A stretch of 63,708 bases of DNA, the filler included, from Saprolegnia diclina VS20 (Eukaryota): NCBI RefSeq assembly GCF_000281045.1. It is 6 parts of 4 records of this genome, joined end to end, with 100 filler letters (N's around TTAATTAATTAA, not from the genome) between each part and the next. Parts side by side here need not be neighbours in the genome. Positions count along the whole stretch, not along the records: positions 20,955 to 48,452 come from NW_008246185.1; 5 more parts are not named here. One strand, 5' to 3'. Under the pieces are notes generated by a model, which ran no database searches, was not told the DNA's origin, and saw only the letters and a program-made list of their open reading frames with translations. Every line of letters begins with the position of its first letter. Positions within the stretch are counted from its first letter, which is position 1. Both the position numbers and the translations under genes were made by a program. Of this stretch, positions 26,525 to 39,823 are shown one piece after another.

Positions 26525-29500
26525 TCAAAGAGGATCATGGAACGGGTCGCTCTCGCTTGGCTCGCGGTGCCGCGGGTCGACGACGGGGAACGAGTCGGTG
26601 CGACGACCAGAAGTGTCTTTGCCGCGGTGAAGCTCGTCGAGCGCCTCCGACAGCCTTTGCATGAGTTCTTGTTGCTGCAGCGACGCCTCCGAGATTCTCG
26701 CTTCTCCGGCACCTCCCATGATGAGTGCGTTGCGCATGGCCTTGGTGTCGCGCCGGACTTCGTGCATCCACGAGCGCAGCGTCGACATCAACGCGTCTTC
26801 CTTCTCGGTAACGTCGGCTTCAGGTGCCGGGACAATGGCCGCTTCGAGCGCTGCCGCGACGCCGTCGGCCATGGCTTTCAACGGGACATCAATGTTGTGT
26901 GCGTGCACGAGCTGGAAGTAGTAGACAGCGCGGCTGTGGCCGTCGAGCGGCTCCAGCGGCTCGTCCGGTCGCCACCGACTTTGCACCGCGACCCGCAGCG
27001 TCCGGATCGTCGACTTGATGCTCTTCTTGAGCGCTTTGAGCTGCGTGGGCATGTCGTCCCCGCGGTGTTTCTTGGCCTTTGCAAAGAGAGTGCACAGTTT
27101 TTCTTTGGCCTGGTCGATCGCACGGAGCTCGGGGGTGAAGCCCGCGACGACACTTGCATCGGTGCTAAAATGATTCACCCGGCGCAAAAGACTCTCCAAG
27201 CTCTCGACGTGAGCGGGAACGGCCGCTTCCAGCGGTGACACGATGCTCTTCCATCCCGATTTGCGCATATTGTCGGCACGAATCGAGGCTTCGTGGTCCG
27301 GTCGCAGCGCGACGTGGGCGCGCGAGACGACTTCAAAGAAGATCGGGTTGAGCACTCGCTTATTGCAAGAGGCGTCGACGAGATGCATGAGGTCGCTTGT
27401 CTCGGCCGGCGTGAGACGCATGGCCTGCTCAAGACGAAGGATGCACTGCGCGTAGCTCGTGAGCGCCTCGGTCTTGGCCTTCTCGAGACCACCGTCGACC
27501 GTTTGGTTCATCATCGCGAGAAGCACATTGAGCAGCAAAATGACAACAACGGCCGAGTGAAACATCATGAGCACCAACGTGCACTGCGAGAGAAAGACGT
27601 CGTACGGGTCAGTCGCGTCAAAAGCACTTAGCGAGTCGAGGGGAAGTTGGCCAAACGCGACAAAGTACGTCGTGACGAACGACTCGCCAATCGTGTTGAA
27701 CGCCTCGGCGTCTTGGTTGCGAAAGAGCTGGTAGTAGGTTATCGTGAGGCCCATTTGAACAACCCCGAAAAAGATGAAGAAATTGCGCACATCTTGAAGC
27801 AGCTTGGCGATCATCGGGAGGAGGTACCCGGCGGCCGGCACAACTTCGAGGAATTGCAGCGAGAGCATCCAGAGCACGATCGTAATGGCGCCACCAACGC
27901 CCGTCTGGACGGCCCACGGCGCCGGCAAGAAGCCCAGCTTCATCGGAACGAACACGACCAGAATGACCACGTTGACAAGCAGCTGCGTCTGGTTGATGCG
28001 CGACTTCCAATAGTTGGCGATCCCGGACGAGAGCATTTCTTCGAGCTCCGTCACGACAAAGTAGAGCGACGTGAGCCACAAGATGAAGTTGTTGCTCATC
28101 GGGTAGTAGCGCGCTAAACCCGAGAAGACGAGCATGGCGACGACTGGCAGCACAATCAACAGCGAAAGACAAACGCTTGCGGACGCCAAGAGCCATTTCG
28201 CCTTCATCTTGTACTTGGCAAGGTGCGGAATCGAGACGGAGAGGTCCAGCGAGAAGCGCCCGTCGTAGCACATGCGCGCAAGCCGATAGAGGTACGGCGG
28301 GCGGAGGCCTTGCACGACGAGATAACCCACGATAGTGTTGACAAAGACAAACGTTCCGAGAAGCATCGGGCCCGTGTTGGCCGCAATGCTCGACTCGTCA
28401 AAGAGCAGCGCCGACGTTGTCATTGTGATGAGCAAAAGCACGTTCATGAGCAGCTGCTCAATGTACTTGCGCTCCGCAAAGAGCTCCCACTTGATTTGGA
28501 GCATGCGCACCATGACAATGTGTTCCAAACACTCAGTCTTGGCCTCCAAGAGCAGCTCGGGGTTGACCGACTGGAGGTGCAGAATCGCGTGCAGCGCGCT
28601 GCCGTCGGCGGTCGTGCCGTACACATGTTCGAGCTACAGTTACGTTGAAAACTGCACGCGGCGGTTCAGAGCGCGCACCTGGCTAAAGCTCACGTCGTGC
28701 CGGTGCAATTCGACGCAGTCGTTGAGAAAAATGCGGCCAAGCGCTGGCGCACACGTGATCGCCTTGCGAAAAGCCTGCTTGGAGAACGCCTCGTCCGTGT
28801 CCTTGAGCACGAGCTGAGAGAGAAGGTACTTGCGAAACTCGGGCGACCCGCGCTGCTGCACCGCGCTCTCAAGGAGCGATTGGATCATGAGGAATGCATT
28901 TCGCTTCTCATGCTGTTTGGTGTCCAGGACGGCCATTGCTAGTGCCTTTGTCAGCGTAGTGCCATCCTACAACATATGTTACAAGGCAGTTTCGGAAAAG
29001 ACATGTGATTGTACTGTGCGCACGACGTCCATGTCGGCGTAGCGGTCAATGAGGCTTTTGACAATGTCCACGTGCCCCCCGAGCGCGGCGAGGAAGAGCG
29101 CTGTCTCGCGGCTCTACGCCCGTGCGTTACAGACTGCATCGATTCGAGTGCAGAACCTCGTTTTTGACGTTGACTTTGGCGTTGACGTTCAGGAGGCAGT
29201 TGACGGCTTCGGTATGTCCGAGACGCGCGGCCAGCATCAACGCCGTGTCGCCGTTCTGCGCCACGTATAAGATTCGGATAAGCAAATCAGAAATGACGTA
29301 CGATGTCGGCTCCGTTGATCTGAGGCGACGCCTGTGCCAAAAGCGCAAGGATCACGCGCGGGGGCTGGTCGTACACGATGGCTGCGTGCAGCGCCGACCG
29401 CTTGGCCTACGCCCACGACGTCCTTAGCGCCATTGGCGAGGTGGTAGGTACCTTTTTGAGCTCGTTGACAGCCTCCATGTTGGGCACGTTGGCCGTGTAA

Positions 29501-32111
29501 AAGGCGCTATGGAACTTCTTGACGGCTTGCTTGTCGGTAATCAGTTGTTTGCAGTGGGCCGATGGCCATGTGAGGCTCGCATCCGACAGGTATTCCTAGT
29601 GGCGTCCATGCGTTGCTTGTCATCCCTGAACGGTTGTACGTGAAATTTCTCAGGGTCCGCGCCGGCTCGTAGCAATCGCTCGACGCACTTGACACGATGG
29701 TGCTTGGCCGCAATGTAGAGCATGGTTTCATTCGTCTAGACACCGCCATATACACAGTCGAGTTGCTAAACTATTGCAGATGGAAAACGACATACGGTCG
29801 GTGACACCAGTTGCACGTTGCACGACGGCTGCTGGAGGAGAAGCCCGAGAATGTCCAGTCGACCTTGCACGCAAACGTGGTGCCACACTTTGCGGCCCTA
29901 CAAGAAAGTATTGTCGTATCGCACTAGTGCCCGGCACATCGACGCACCGCTGGTGTTTGGTCATCGACCAAGAGCTGGCTTCGTGGAATGCTCAGAAAGT
30001 GCGTCTTGAGGTCCTCCCACTGTTTGGCTTCAGCAAGCTCCGCGAGCCAGTCGTCCACGCGACCCATTTGACTGCCGCAGCACTGGAGTCGCGCATCGCC
30101 TTGCCGATCCACGTGCGACTAGCCAAATATTGTCTACGGAATAGACAGCGTCCATACCAGGCGCGCCGGGTCCAGCGGGGTCTTGGCGATGCGACAGAGC
30201 TCCGCCAACACGCTCACCAGCGCCTCGTTGTGAGCATCCACCGTCTTGGTTGTGCACGTGAACGCGCCTTTGGCCAAAAGGTCCATGGCCGTTTGTTGGT
30301 TCTACCACATACACACGTTCATTCCTCTCTGGCTGCCGTAGCGAATGCTGTACAATGTCCGTCATTTGAAGCAGCGGCTCGGTGCAGTACGGCAGGAATC
30401 GACGGAGGACGTTCATGTGACCATACTTGGCTGCATACATGACGACCGTTTGACCGTCCTACGAGTCCTCGCATCAGCCAACAAAAGCACTTGACAAGGT
30501 GTACGAATTCAGGCTCGCCAAGCGCTTGTGTAACGTGCTCGGCAGCCTTTTGGATGCGCTGGCGATATGCAGTAATAACGTCGTTGCTACCGTGCTTCTC
30601 GACACACGACAGACAGGGCGCTCCGTGGTTGGACACGTGTGCTTTGTTGCAGATAGCGCAGGCCCACGTCGGCACGGTATAGCGCAGAGGCGGCGTCATC
30701 CCGCTCACACCTTCCCACGTACCCGCGGCAAGATCGACGATGCCCTTGTACAAGATGTTGCGCACGAGAAGCTCGAGCATATTGTCGGCGCGGCGCCATG
30801 TGCCTATCACAGGACGTCCGTCGCTGGCGTCGCCCGCCACAATGTACGTCTGGAGCGACGCGTCGGGCAGGACTGATACGTCGATGAACGAGCCATCGAT
30901 GTGCACCCATTTGAAGTGCTCAAAGTGTTGGCCGAGAAGACTGCCGATCCAGTGGTCCACTCGCGAAACGTCGCCGGCGCGGGCGAGGCAATGCCCGTGG
31001 TAGGCGTCGCGGAGCCGTGCTTCGCGGCCGAGAAGCAGTCGAATACTGTCGGCTTGTGCGATCTCGAGTGGGGTCTTGCCGTCCTGCGTTCATAGTGTCA
31101 GAAATGACTATAGACAATGTGTGTTGTCGAACCTCGTTCTTCCAGTCCACCGCAGCGTTGGCGCAGAGGAGGAGGTCGACCACGTTGATGTCGTACGACT
31201 CGACCGCCAAATGCAATGGCGTCTCCAGTTTCTACAGTAGACCGTGAGTCGCCATCGAAGAAGGCTACCTATGTACCTTGGTTCGCGCGTTGACGTTCGC
31301 ACCTGCACGCAGAAGCCGCTTCAAAGCGAGGGCTTGGCCGCGCTTGGCAGCGACGTGCAACGGCGTTTCACCGTCCTGACAAATATCAACTTGATACGAA
31401 ATAACGCCCATGCGGTTGTACCTCGTCTTCGATGTCGACGGTGGTAAAATATGGAAGGAGCAGTGCCAGCACATCGTCATGACCGCCCCACGCCGCAAAA
31501 TGCAGCGCCGTAGCACCCACCTATTCGATGGATGTGGAATGGTCGGTCCAGTGGACGCAGGCGTACAGAGAGCTTGGCCGTGACATCCATTTCGGGCAGC
31601 TTGGCGAGCAGTAGCTTGAGAATGGCCACGCGATTGTTGCTCGCCGCTTCCTGCAGCGGACGCGTCGTGTACTACGAACCATACATCGCATCGAGTCTTC
31701 CAGCTCCAGTGTACCTCGGGGATCGAGGCGTAAGGTGTTGTTTCAAGCAGGAGCGTCACCACGTCCAAAAGACCGAGCTCACACGCTTTCGAGAGCACTG
31801 TCGCGTGATCGCCGCTCTGCGCCAACATTTGCAGAATCGGCTCAACGATAGAGTAGTCTTACCTCGGCCGTTTGGAGGTCCTCGGGCGTGTACGAGCGAT
31901 CGCGCAGTCGCTGCAGCACCAAGAGCGCATTGTCCTCGTCGAGCAGCCGGACCATGGTCGAGTTTGTCGTGGCGTCCACGGCGGCATCGTCGTTCGTGTC
32001 GTCGATTATCGATCCGCGCCGACCTGACGAAACTTGATACGGCGACTTGGCAGGGACGGCGCCATAGGTGCGGTTGAAGCGCCACCACGAAACGACGCGG
32101 TTGCCCCACAT
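26525..32111 (-). CDS. Ankyrin-repeat TRP-like (TRPA/TRPV-type) cation channel, multi-exon
   Basis: Last exon has KWELF, six hydrophobic segments, pore helix FNTIGESFVTTYFVAFGQ, S6 ILLLNVLLAMMNQT and a C-terminal coiled region. Upstream ankyrin exons include NGDTALMLAARLGH, DGETPLHVAAKRGQ, GATALHFAAWGGH. The 5' start and exon joins are inferred. Confidence 0.8.
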
Positions 32112-32523
32112 TGCAGCTTTGCGATGAATTCTCAAATGCGATACGTCCGCTCGTTGCGGTCGTTCGAGTTCGAATATCCGAGCGCGTCGAACATACGCTG
32201 TTGTTCGTTTAAGCTTCATCGTTTCTAGTGGCTCTTATAGCACTTTCTTCAGGTTCTACAGCACAACAGCAGCCAAACGTGTTTGTGGGCAGCTAGCTGA
32301 TCCCACCGGGCGCTATGAACAAGAGTGTTGGCTCCCGTAGATGCGACGAGTCGACGACGTAGCTCTTTTCCATTTAGTATTTACTCCCTGCCACCTCAAT
32401 GGCTTGCAACTCGGTTATCTATTGTCCTAGGAAAGTGGTGTATATATGTACAAGATGAATGAACAGAGCTCGTGTCATTGCGTCGCGTCAAACTTGTATG
32501 TGCATGCAAAGGCGCTACGGAGA

Positions 32524-35500
32524 TTAGGGTTGTTTGTGCTGGAGGAGTCGCTCGACGATATCCGTGTGGCCATTGCGTGCGGCGATGGCCATGGCTGTCA
32601 ACCCGTCCTAGAGTACGTATATATATGTACGACTAAGGTCAATGAATGACGCTCACGTCTACCTTGTTGGCAACATCGACGGCATCGGGCGCCTTTGTGA
32701 GAAGAAGCTCAACTACAGAGCCTTGTCCAAACGTCGCGGCCAGGTGCAGTGGTGTGTTCCCATCCTACGGGTTTTGTTTCGCGCTGGTATAGCCAGCCTC
32801 GTGTCTACCAAATCTTGGCAAAGACGAGCGCCCGCGTGCAGCAACTCCTCTGCGATCTTAGCCCGATTGACCAACGCCGCCACATGGAGGGCGGTCTGGT
32901 CAAACTACAGCCAGTTTTCCACGTAGGACATCAGACAGCAAATATGATACGAACCCCGTCCCGTGCATGGACGGCGGAACTCTCTTCCTCCAACATCGAC
33001 GCAATGCGCGCTGTCTGGCCGCGGCTCACCGCGCGATGCAGCGCCGGCACCTGCTTCAAGCATGCTCGTCAGAAGGAAGGAACAAAAGTCGATGCACCTG
33101 TTTTGCGAGTTGTTGCTCCGACGACATCTTGCCAAGCTGGCATCGACGGGCATGGTCCAAGGCAGCCACAACCTCGTAGTGTTCATGCACAAGCGCGGTG
33201 AGCCGGGCGGTTGCATTGTTCTACGCATCTCAATTATCTCATTTCTTTGTTCAGCATCATACGGAGGCAACGTAGGCAATGTTAGCGCCAGCGACCACAA
33301 GCTTGTGAACGACCGAGAGAAGACCAAGTTGGGCGGCGCAGTAGAGCGTTGTGGTCGAGTTCTACGAAAAGCGTGAGGCGACAGGACGTTGCACTGGCAT
33401 GGAATACCCGGCGCTTGACGTTGGTGTCGGCGCCCGACACAAGAAGGAGGTCCACAATCGCTTCGTGTCGTTTCTCGACGGCCACGTACAAGGGCGTCGC
33501 GTCATCCTAGTCGCCGTATCGCTACGACAACAAACGCTCTCGGGCGTACGTGGTCGGCGAGGTTGACATTCGCCTTGGCAGCAACGAGCTGCTGCACAAC
33601 ATCGACTTGGCCATGCGGGCGGCCAAGAGCAGGGCAGTGTGCCCGTCCTACACGACACATAAGACTCGATCCTCTGCACAATATTCGAGTACGTCATCGA
33701 CGGCATCGACGTCCGCGTGCGCCGCCAAGAGCATTGAAACGATTCGCGTGTAGCCAGCCTCGGCGGCCACCATGAGGTTGGTCTCATTGTCCTAGAACCA
33801 CAGACATGTTGTGTCCATTCCATAGGGCGGGTGGAGGCAGACGCTGTCAGGTCGGTCGTTGACATTCATGTCGGGATGCTCAAGCAGAAGGCGCGCAACC
33901 TCTGTATGGCCCTTGGTGCACGCAACATCAAGGGGCGAGCAGTTGCCCTAGACGACACTCCGGGTCTGTCCCACGTCAACAGCACTCGTACGCGATTGCG
34001 CAAGTTCACATTGGCTCCAGCCGATAGCAGCAGCGCCACAACCGACGGGTGGTCCCACACGGCAGCGGCATACAGCGGTGTTCGGTTGTCCTGGCGCCAT
34101 AGTGCATACACAACACGATATCCCGTCGAGACGTACGCCGTTGGCAGTATCAACGTTGGCACCTGCGTCCAGCAACAATGCCACGGCGTCGATGTGACCG
34201 TTGCGTGCGGCCAAGTACAAGGCAGTTGCGTACGTCTACGCAGCGTAAAATCATCTCTTGTTGCGTTCCTCGAGGGAGAGGACGCACGCCGTTGGTCAGC
34301 TCAACGTCGGCGCCCGCCGCCAAAAGCAACTGAACGAGCTGTGTGCGGCCGTGTTGCGCTGCGACATGCAGTGGGGTCCACCAACTCTACCAACAACGTC
34401 AAATAAGATCAGATAGGACATTCGCTACCTCGTTCGACTCGTTGACGTTGGCATATGCGTCGACAAGCCGACGCACGACCTCTAGATGACTGTGCTCGAC
34501 GGCGAGATACAGCGGCGTCGCACTCGTCTGCGCTGGTTCTTAGCAATCGAGTGGCATCATGGTGAACGACCTTGTCGGACAGATCGATCCTTGCCCGTGC
34601 ATCCAAAAGCTGTTGGACAATCGATGGATGGCCCAACGAGCTGGCAACGGCGAGCGGGGTTGCGCCGGCCTACGCCTGCAATGTAACCTTGCGTTTCTCG
34701 AGCTGGGGCGGGCTCGGCGTACCTCATTCTGTGTGTCGACAGCAGCACCTGCCTTTAAAAGAAGCTGGACGACTGTGGTATGACCTTCGACCACGGCGGC
34801 GTGAAGTGGCGTGTCTCCTGTCTGGCATAGACTGTGATCAATGGTGTCGTCAGAGCACAGAACGTATGGTCTGCAGGACGACATACTACCTGCGCGCTTT
34901 GCACGAGGTTGGCGCCGGCTGCGAGAAGCGACATGACAACCGAGTCGTGTCCGTTGGCAGCTGCGACGTGCAAGATCGAGAGACCATCCTAGAATTCTGT
35001 AGCTGACACGCTGTTGATGGTGCAGAGCACACGTTGTTTGCGTGATGGACGTCGGCGCCTGCAAGCAAGAGCCGCTCGATGATGTGTGCATGACCGTGCT
35101 TGGCCGCTGTAAAGAGAGGTGTCTCGCCCTCCTATGTCATCGTAGTACCCGCGAATGACTCGTTGAAGACACATACAAACGCTACATCGACGCTGGCCTT
35201 TCCCGTGCATACCAGCACCTCGACAACGTCGAGATGCCCGTTCTGAGCGGCGACAAAGAGCGGTGTAGGACCATCCTACGAAGCATGATATACAGGTTCG
35301 ATGGTATTGCATACATCGTGCGCGCTGGCCGTCCAGTCGCGTTCGGTATGCGGCAGCGACAAGAACGTGGTCGATGGTAGGCTCGCCTGCGCCATCGTCA
35401 TTGTACGCACGTTGCCCTGCAAGATACGTCGTTTACTAGTGGCGTTTGGTCGACGTCAGCGTCGGCAAGCACGGGCCGCTGCGCGATGGCGGCGTGGCCC

Positions 35501-35690
35501 AGCGTCGCAGCCGGAAAGAGCGGCGTTGCATGTTGCTACATGAGCTTGTGAGAGCGGTAATGACGATGGAGCTGTACCCAAGACTGCGAGCGCGGGCTCA
35601 CGCCAGCGCCGAGAAGGTAGGCGACGTCGGCCATGCGATTGTCGAGCGTCGCCGAGAGCAGCTGTCGGTCGCAGGTCGCCAGCCTCAACC
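32524..35690 (-). CDS. Ankyrin-repeat-only protein (>15 repeat exons); one exon frameshifted; 5' end uncertain
   Basis: Exons DGPTPLFVAAQNGH, GETPLFTAAKHGH, TGDTPLHAAVVEGH, DNRTPLYAAAVWDH, DGNTPLHLAATFGQ; ends ERLLQHKQP-TAA at 32524. Exon 33550-33647 is 98 nt. Confidence 0.7.
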
Positions 35691-35831
35691 TGCAAGATAC
35701 CCTATCGCATTTGATTGGCTGAAACGCAAAATCAGGTAGCCAATCGAAGACGGCAAAATGGATCTTGCGGTCGCGCATCGAAGCTCGTATGGCGAGTTGA
35801 AAGCGGATGGCGCCGTTTTGTCGCAATATCA

Positions 35832-38800
35832 TTATCCAGCAACTAATAGTCTTCCGTTCGACTCTTGCAGCAAGTCGACAATCTCTTGGGCCGATGGACG
35901 CTGCGACGGGTTGTACGCAAGGCAGCGAGAGATGAGGTCGCGCAGCCACGGTGCACACGTGCTGCTGATACTCGGTTGCAGCTTGCCGTCGCGCACGTCG
36001 CCTCGAAAGGTGCAGTCGTCAATGTCCTGCGTCGCGTACGGCAGCTGCAGCGTCTCCAGCTCGATCAAAATGACGCCAAACGAGTACACGTCGGCCTTGT
36101 CCGAGTAGATTTGGCCTTTCCGGAGCATCTCGGGGGCCGTCCAGAACGGCATTCCGCCACCAGTATGCGGCGGCGACGACGGTGCGGTCGGCTGCTTGAA
36201 CGCAAGACCGAGACCACTGACTTGGATGTAGTTGGTCGTCGAGAGAAGAATGTTGGAGCTCTTGAGGTCTCGGTGGCGCAGACCTTGGCGATGAAGGTCG
36301 GCGAGGCCGTTGGCCACGACCCACGCGACGTCAAGCAGAGAGTTGTCGACCTCGGTATCGAGACCGTCGCGTTTCTTGTCGAGGTACATGCGGAGATTGC
36401 CGACGTTCATGAGCTCAAGCACAAGGTTAGGTGCTGGCGTGTTTTGGTCGGCGACCGCCAAAAGTCGCATGAGGTACGGTGACCCGCAACTAAGCAAACC
36501 TTCTTGGCAACAAAACCTCGCAACGAGTACCTACGTACCGCTGCAGCGCCGCGATTTCGTTGCGCAGACCTTGGGCGTGCGACGGGTAGATTGCCGTCTT
36601 GACGGCAACCAGTTGGTCCTTGAACGCGCCCTTGTAGACAATACAGCCCTTGCCATCGCCCAGGGCGACACTTCGGTCGATCTCAATCTCGTCGGCGGTC
36701 ACCTAACACGAGTGAGTAGTGCGGTACATCCTGCAATATAGCGAGGCAGTGGTACATAGTGCGTCGTCGACATGGCGTAGAAGAGTTTTTGGGCCATGTG
36801 CACGTGGTGCTGCTTGATGGCAACAACAAGGGCTGTCTCCGTCATCTACGCACAGAGTTCATACCCAGCTTGAGTCAAGCAGTGTCGTGAAACCGCGTTG
36901 CGCTGCTGCAGGTCGATAGCGCGTGATTGAAGCAGCACGTCGACAATCGAGTCTTGCTCGTGTCGGATTGCAATATGCAAGAGACTGTCTCCCGTCTATA
37001 ATAGCCGGAGGTGTGGTGTCTACGAATCAGTAGACAATATTGTACTACACACCTCGGCCTGAATGGTGTTGGGATTCGCATTTGCTCGAAGAAGCGACTG
37101 CAGTCTCTGTACGTCGCCCGAAACAACGCTTTGAATCAGCTGCTCGTTGATAGTGTCGGAATCCTCGACGTCAAACACTCTGTCGCAAACGACACTCGGA
37201 ACTGGCTGCGCTGGGTCGGGCACATCATAATCATCGTCGTTGAAGAACCCGTCTACGGCCGTGTCCGACGCGTCGGTGGCCTCTTTCGCGCTCATTCTTG
37301 CCCGGAAGATGGCGAGGATTTCTTCGTTCTCGAGCTCTATCGCCAACGTCAGCGGTGTCTTGTTGTCCTACAACGATCGTTTGAAAATCAGCGCTATACA
37401 ACAGTAAGCTGCAACAATAGTCTTGCAGTCCAAGCTGGCGCCGGCGTCCAACAGCACCTGGACCACGCTGTGATGCCCCGCGGTGACGGCCGCATGCACA
37501 GGTGTCTGTAGTGTCTACAGCTTCATGTTGTAGTCGATTGTGAGCGCAAGAAGGTACCTCTGTGGCCAACGCCACGTCAGCGTTGGCGCGAAGGAGCTGC
37601 TGCACGACAGTAACATGTCCGTGGGCGGCGGCCACATACAGCGGCGTTGACCTCATCTACGACAAGATGGACATAATCGCCAGTTAGAAGATCGATATAC
37701 GGATGATTACGCAGTCGAGGGCATCAACCTCGATGCGTGGCTGGTCCAGGAGAAGTTGGACAATGTCACGAGAATCATCAGCAGCTGCCACGTGCAGGAA
37801 ATAGCTCCCGTCCTAGATTCACAACGATGTACATATTATTGTCATCGCTGCTGAAATACGTTGATGCGGGCTTTGGCTTTGGCCAAGAGAAACGAAACCC
37901 CGACTCCGGCAGTTGGCTACTCGACGCACCCAGATTCGAGAGTGAATTCTTGTATTGAAAGCGAGCGACGTGCCTCGTATCGGGTGTTGGGGTCGACTCC
38001 GGAACGGAGTAGGTTGGCCACGTAATCAGCCTTTCCTGTCAAAACAGCGTCCGAAATCAACATCTATGGTCCATAAATCACTTGGAAACCACATTAGTAG
38101 AAGATTACCGTGGTGTTGGTCGTCTCGTCGTCGCGACTTCTTGAATTCAGAGCTTCATTTAGCATAGCCATAATTTCGTTGTGCCCCTTTGCCTGCGCAG
38201 CCATGTACGGCGACTCGATGTTCTATTTATGACGCAAGAATGCTGACTTCCAAGTGGGTTTGAACGCAAATGTACATGGCTGCTCATGCTTGGGTCGGCG
38301 TGGGCGGCCAGCAGACGCGTAACAACGTCAACGTGCCCTTCTTTAGCCGCTAAAAAGAGGGCCGTCTCTTGGTCCTAAATGATGCTTTAAAACACGTAAT
38401 GCGATGGAATGGGACACAGTACCTTGGTTTGAGCATTCACATCGGCGTTCACGGCCAACAGCACTGAGACGACTCCGCCGTGACCATATTCTGCAGCCAA
38501 GTGCAAGGGCGTATAAAGCCGCTACATGTGACTCGCATGATAGACGATCGGAGGCGAGGTTCTAGCGTACCTTGGAGCTTGCATTGACGTTGGCGTTTGC
38601 AGTCAAAAGCAGTGATACAACACCCTCATGGTTGAACATTGCTGCCAAATGCAGCGGAGTTTGTTTCGCCTGGACACAATCTATGAGAGCTGGGGTAGAG
38701 TGTTGGTTGTACATTGTCGACAGCGTCAATGACAATGCGTGGACGTGCCAAGAGCAGTGCGACGATCTCTGTCACGCCCACGATCGCCGCGATGTGCAAT

Positions 38801-39515
38801 GGCGTGAATCCGTCCTAATAGAAATGATAGTATCAAATACTATTTTGTCAAATGAGCTATAGACCGTCAGCACGTCTTCCTCGGTTACCGGATCGGTCCA
38901 CGTCATTGGCAACGCCACTTGCCACTCGGTCGACTGGATTTTTAGAGTCAACAATTTATATAGATGAAAGGACAGTGTTATCGCGGTACCGAGTATGAAA
39001 TCGTGACAGGAACGTTAGCTTGCAGCAGACGCAAGGTCGAGGCATCGTCCTTCGTGCTCAGAGCAGTGACAAGCTGTACGAGGTTGGCCATAGCCTTGTC
39101 CAGAACGCCAACGACGGAAGCGTGACCATTCGCCCTGGCAATGTCTCGAGGCTTGATGTCTTCCTACACATCATAACCAAGTCACGACGTGGTTCGGACG
39201 CTATCGTTGTGCGACTTCGTTGCATTGAAAAGGATTTGCGTCAGCGACCAAAAGCGCCTCTACGACAGCTGTGTGTCCGTTGGCAGCGGCGGCACAAAGC
39301 GGGGTTGTCTACAGTGAGAAGTGCGTGGTAACAGGAGACTGCACCAGCACGTCGTACGCCGTCGTGACACTGGTTGATGTCGGTCCCAGCTTGGAGAAGG
39401 CGCTCGATGTCATCCAGAAGACCCTCTTCGGCGGCGACGCAGAGAAATTTGGTGCCCTACACATAATTCTGCCATGAGAGAAAGTCGAAGCCATGGCGAT
39501 GGTGCGGACGCTCAT
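35832..39515 (-). CDS. Ankyrin-repeat TKL-family kinase, probable pseudokinase (DFG Asp missing)
   Basis: Micro-exon ATG AGC, then ankyrin exons, then kinase motifs [31 protein letters not shown] (no Asp), WTAPE, DVYSFG. Could be two genes, but ankyrin exons run continuously. Confidence 0.8.
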
Positions 39516-39823
39516 TTCGCGGCGTCGCGACGGTGCAAGATACAACTGTTGGCCGCAGAAACGGCAAATGATATTCTTCTTTTTTCTTCTCCTCTTCAAT
39601 TGGCACAAAGTGTTAGATCCCCACATCCTAGAGGGTACTCGCCAAACGATAGACCCCCGTCCTTGTGTCGAGAGCCAGCTACGTACAATAATTGTACATA
39701 TGTACCGCGATGTAGAGTCTTGGCTCTACACTGTAGTCGCTCCTGGTCGGATCACGCGGAGACATATGACTTCCACCTGGCATTTTTGCACCATAATTGT
39801 TGTTAGTGCATAGCTGTACAATC

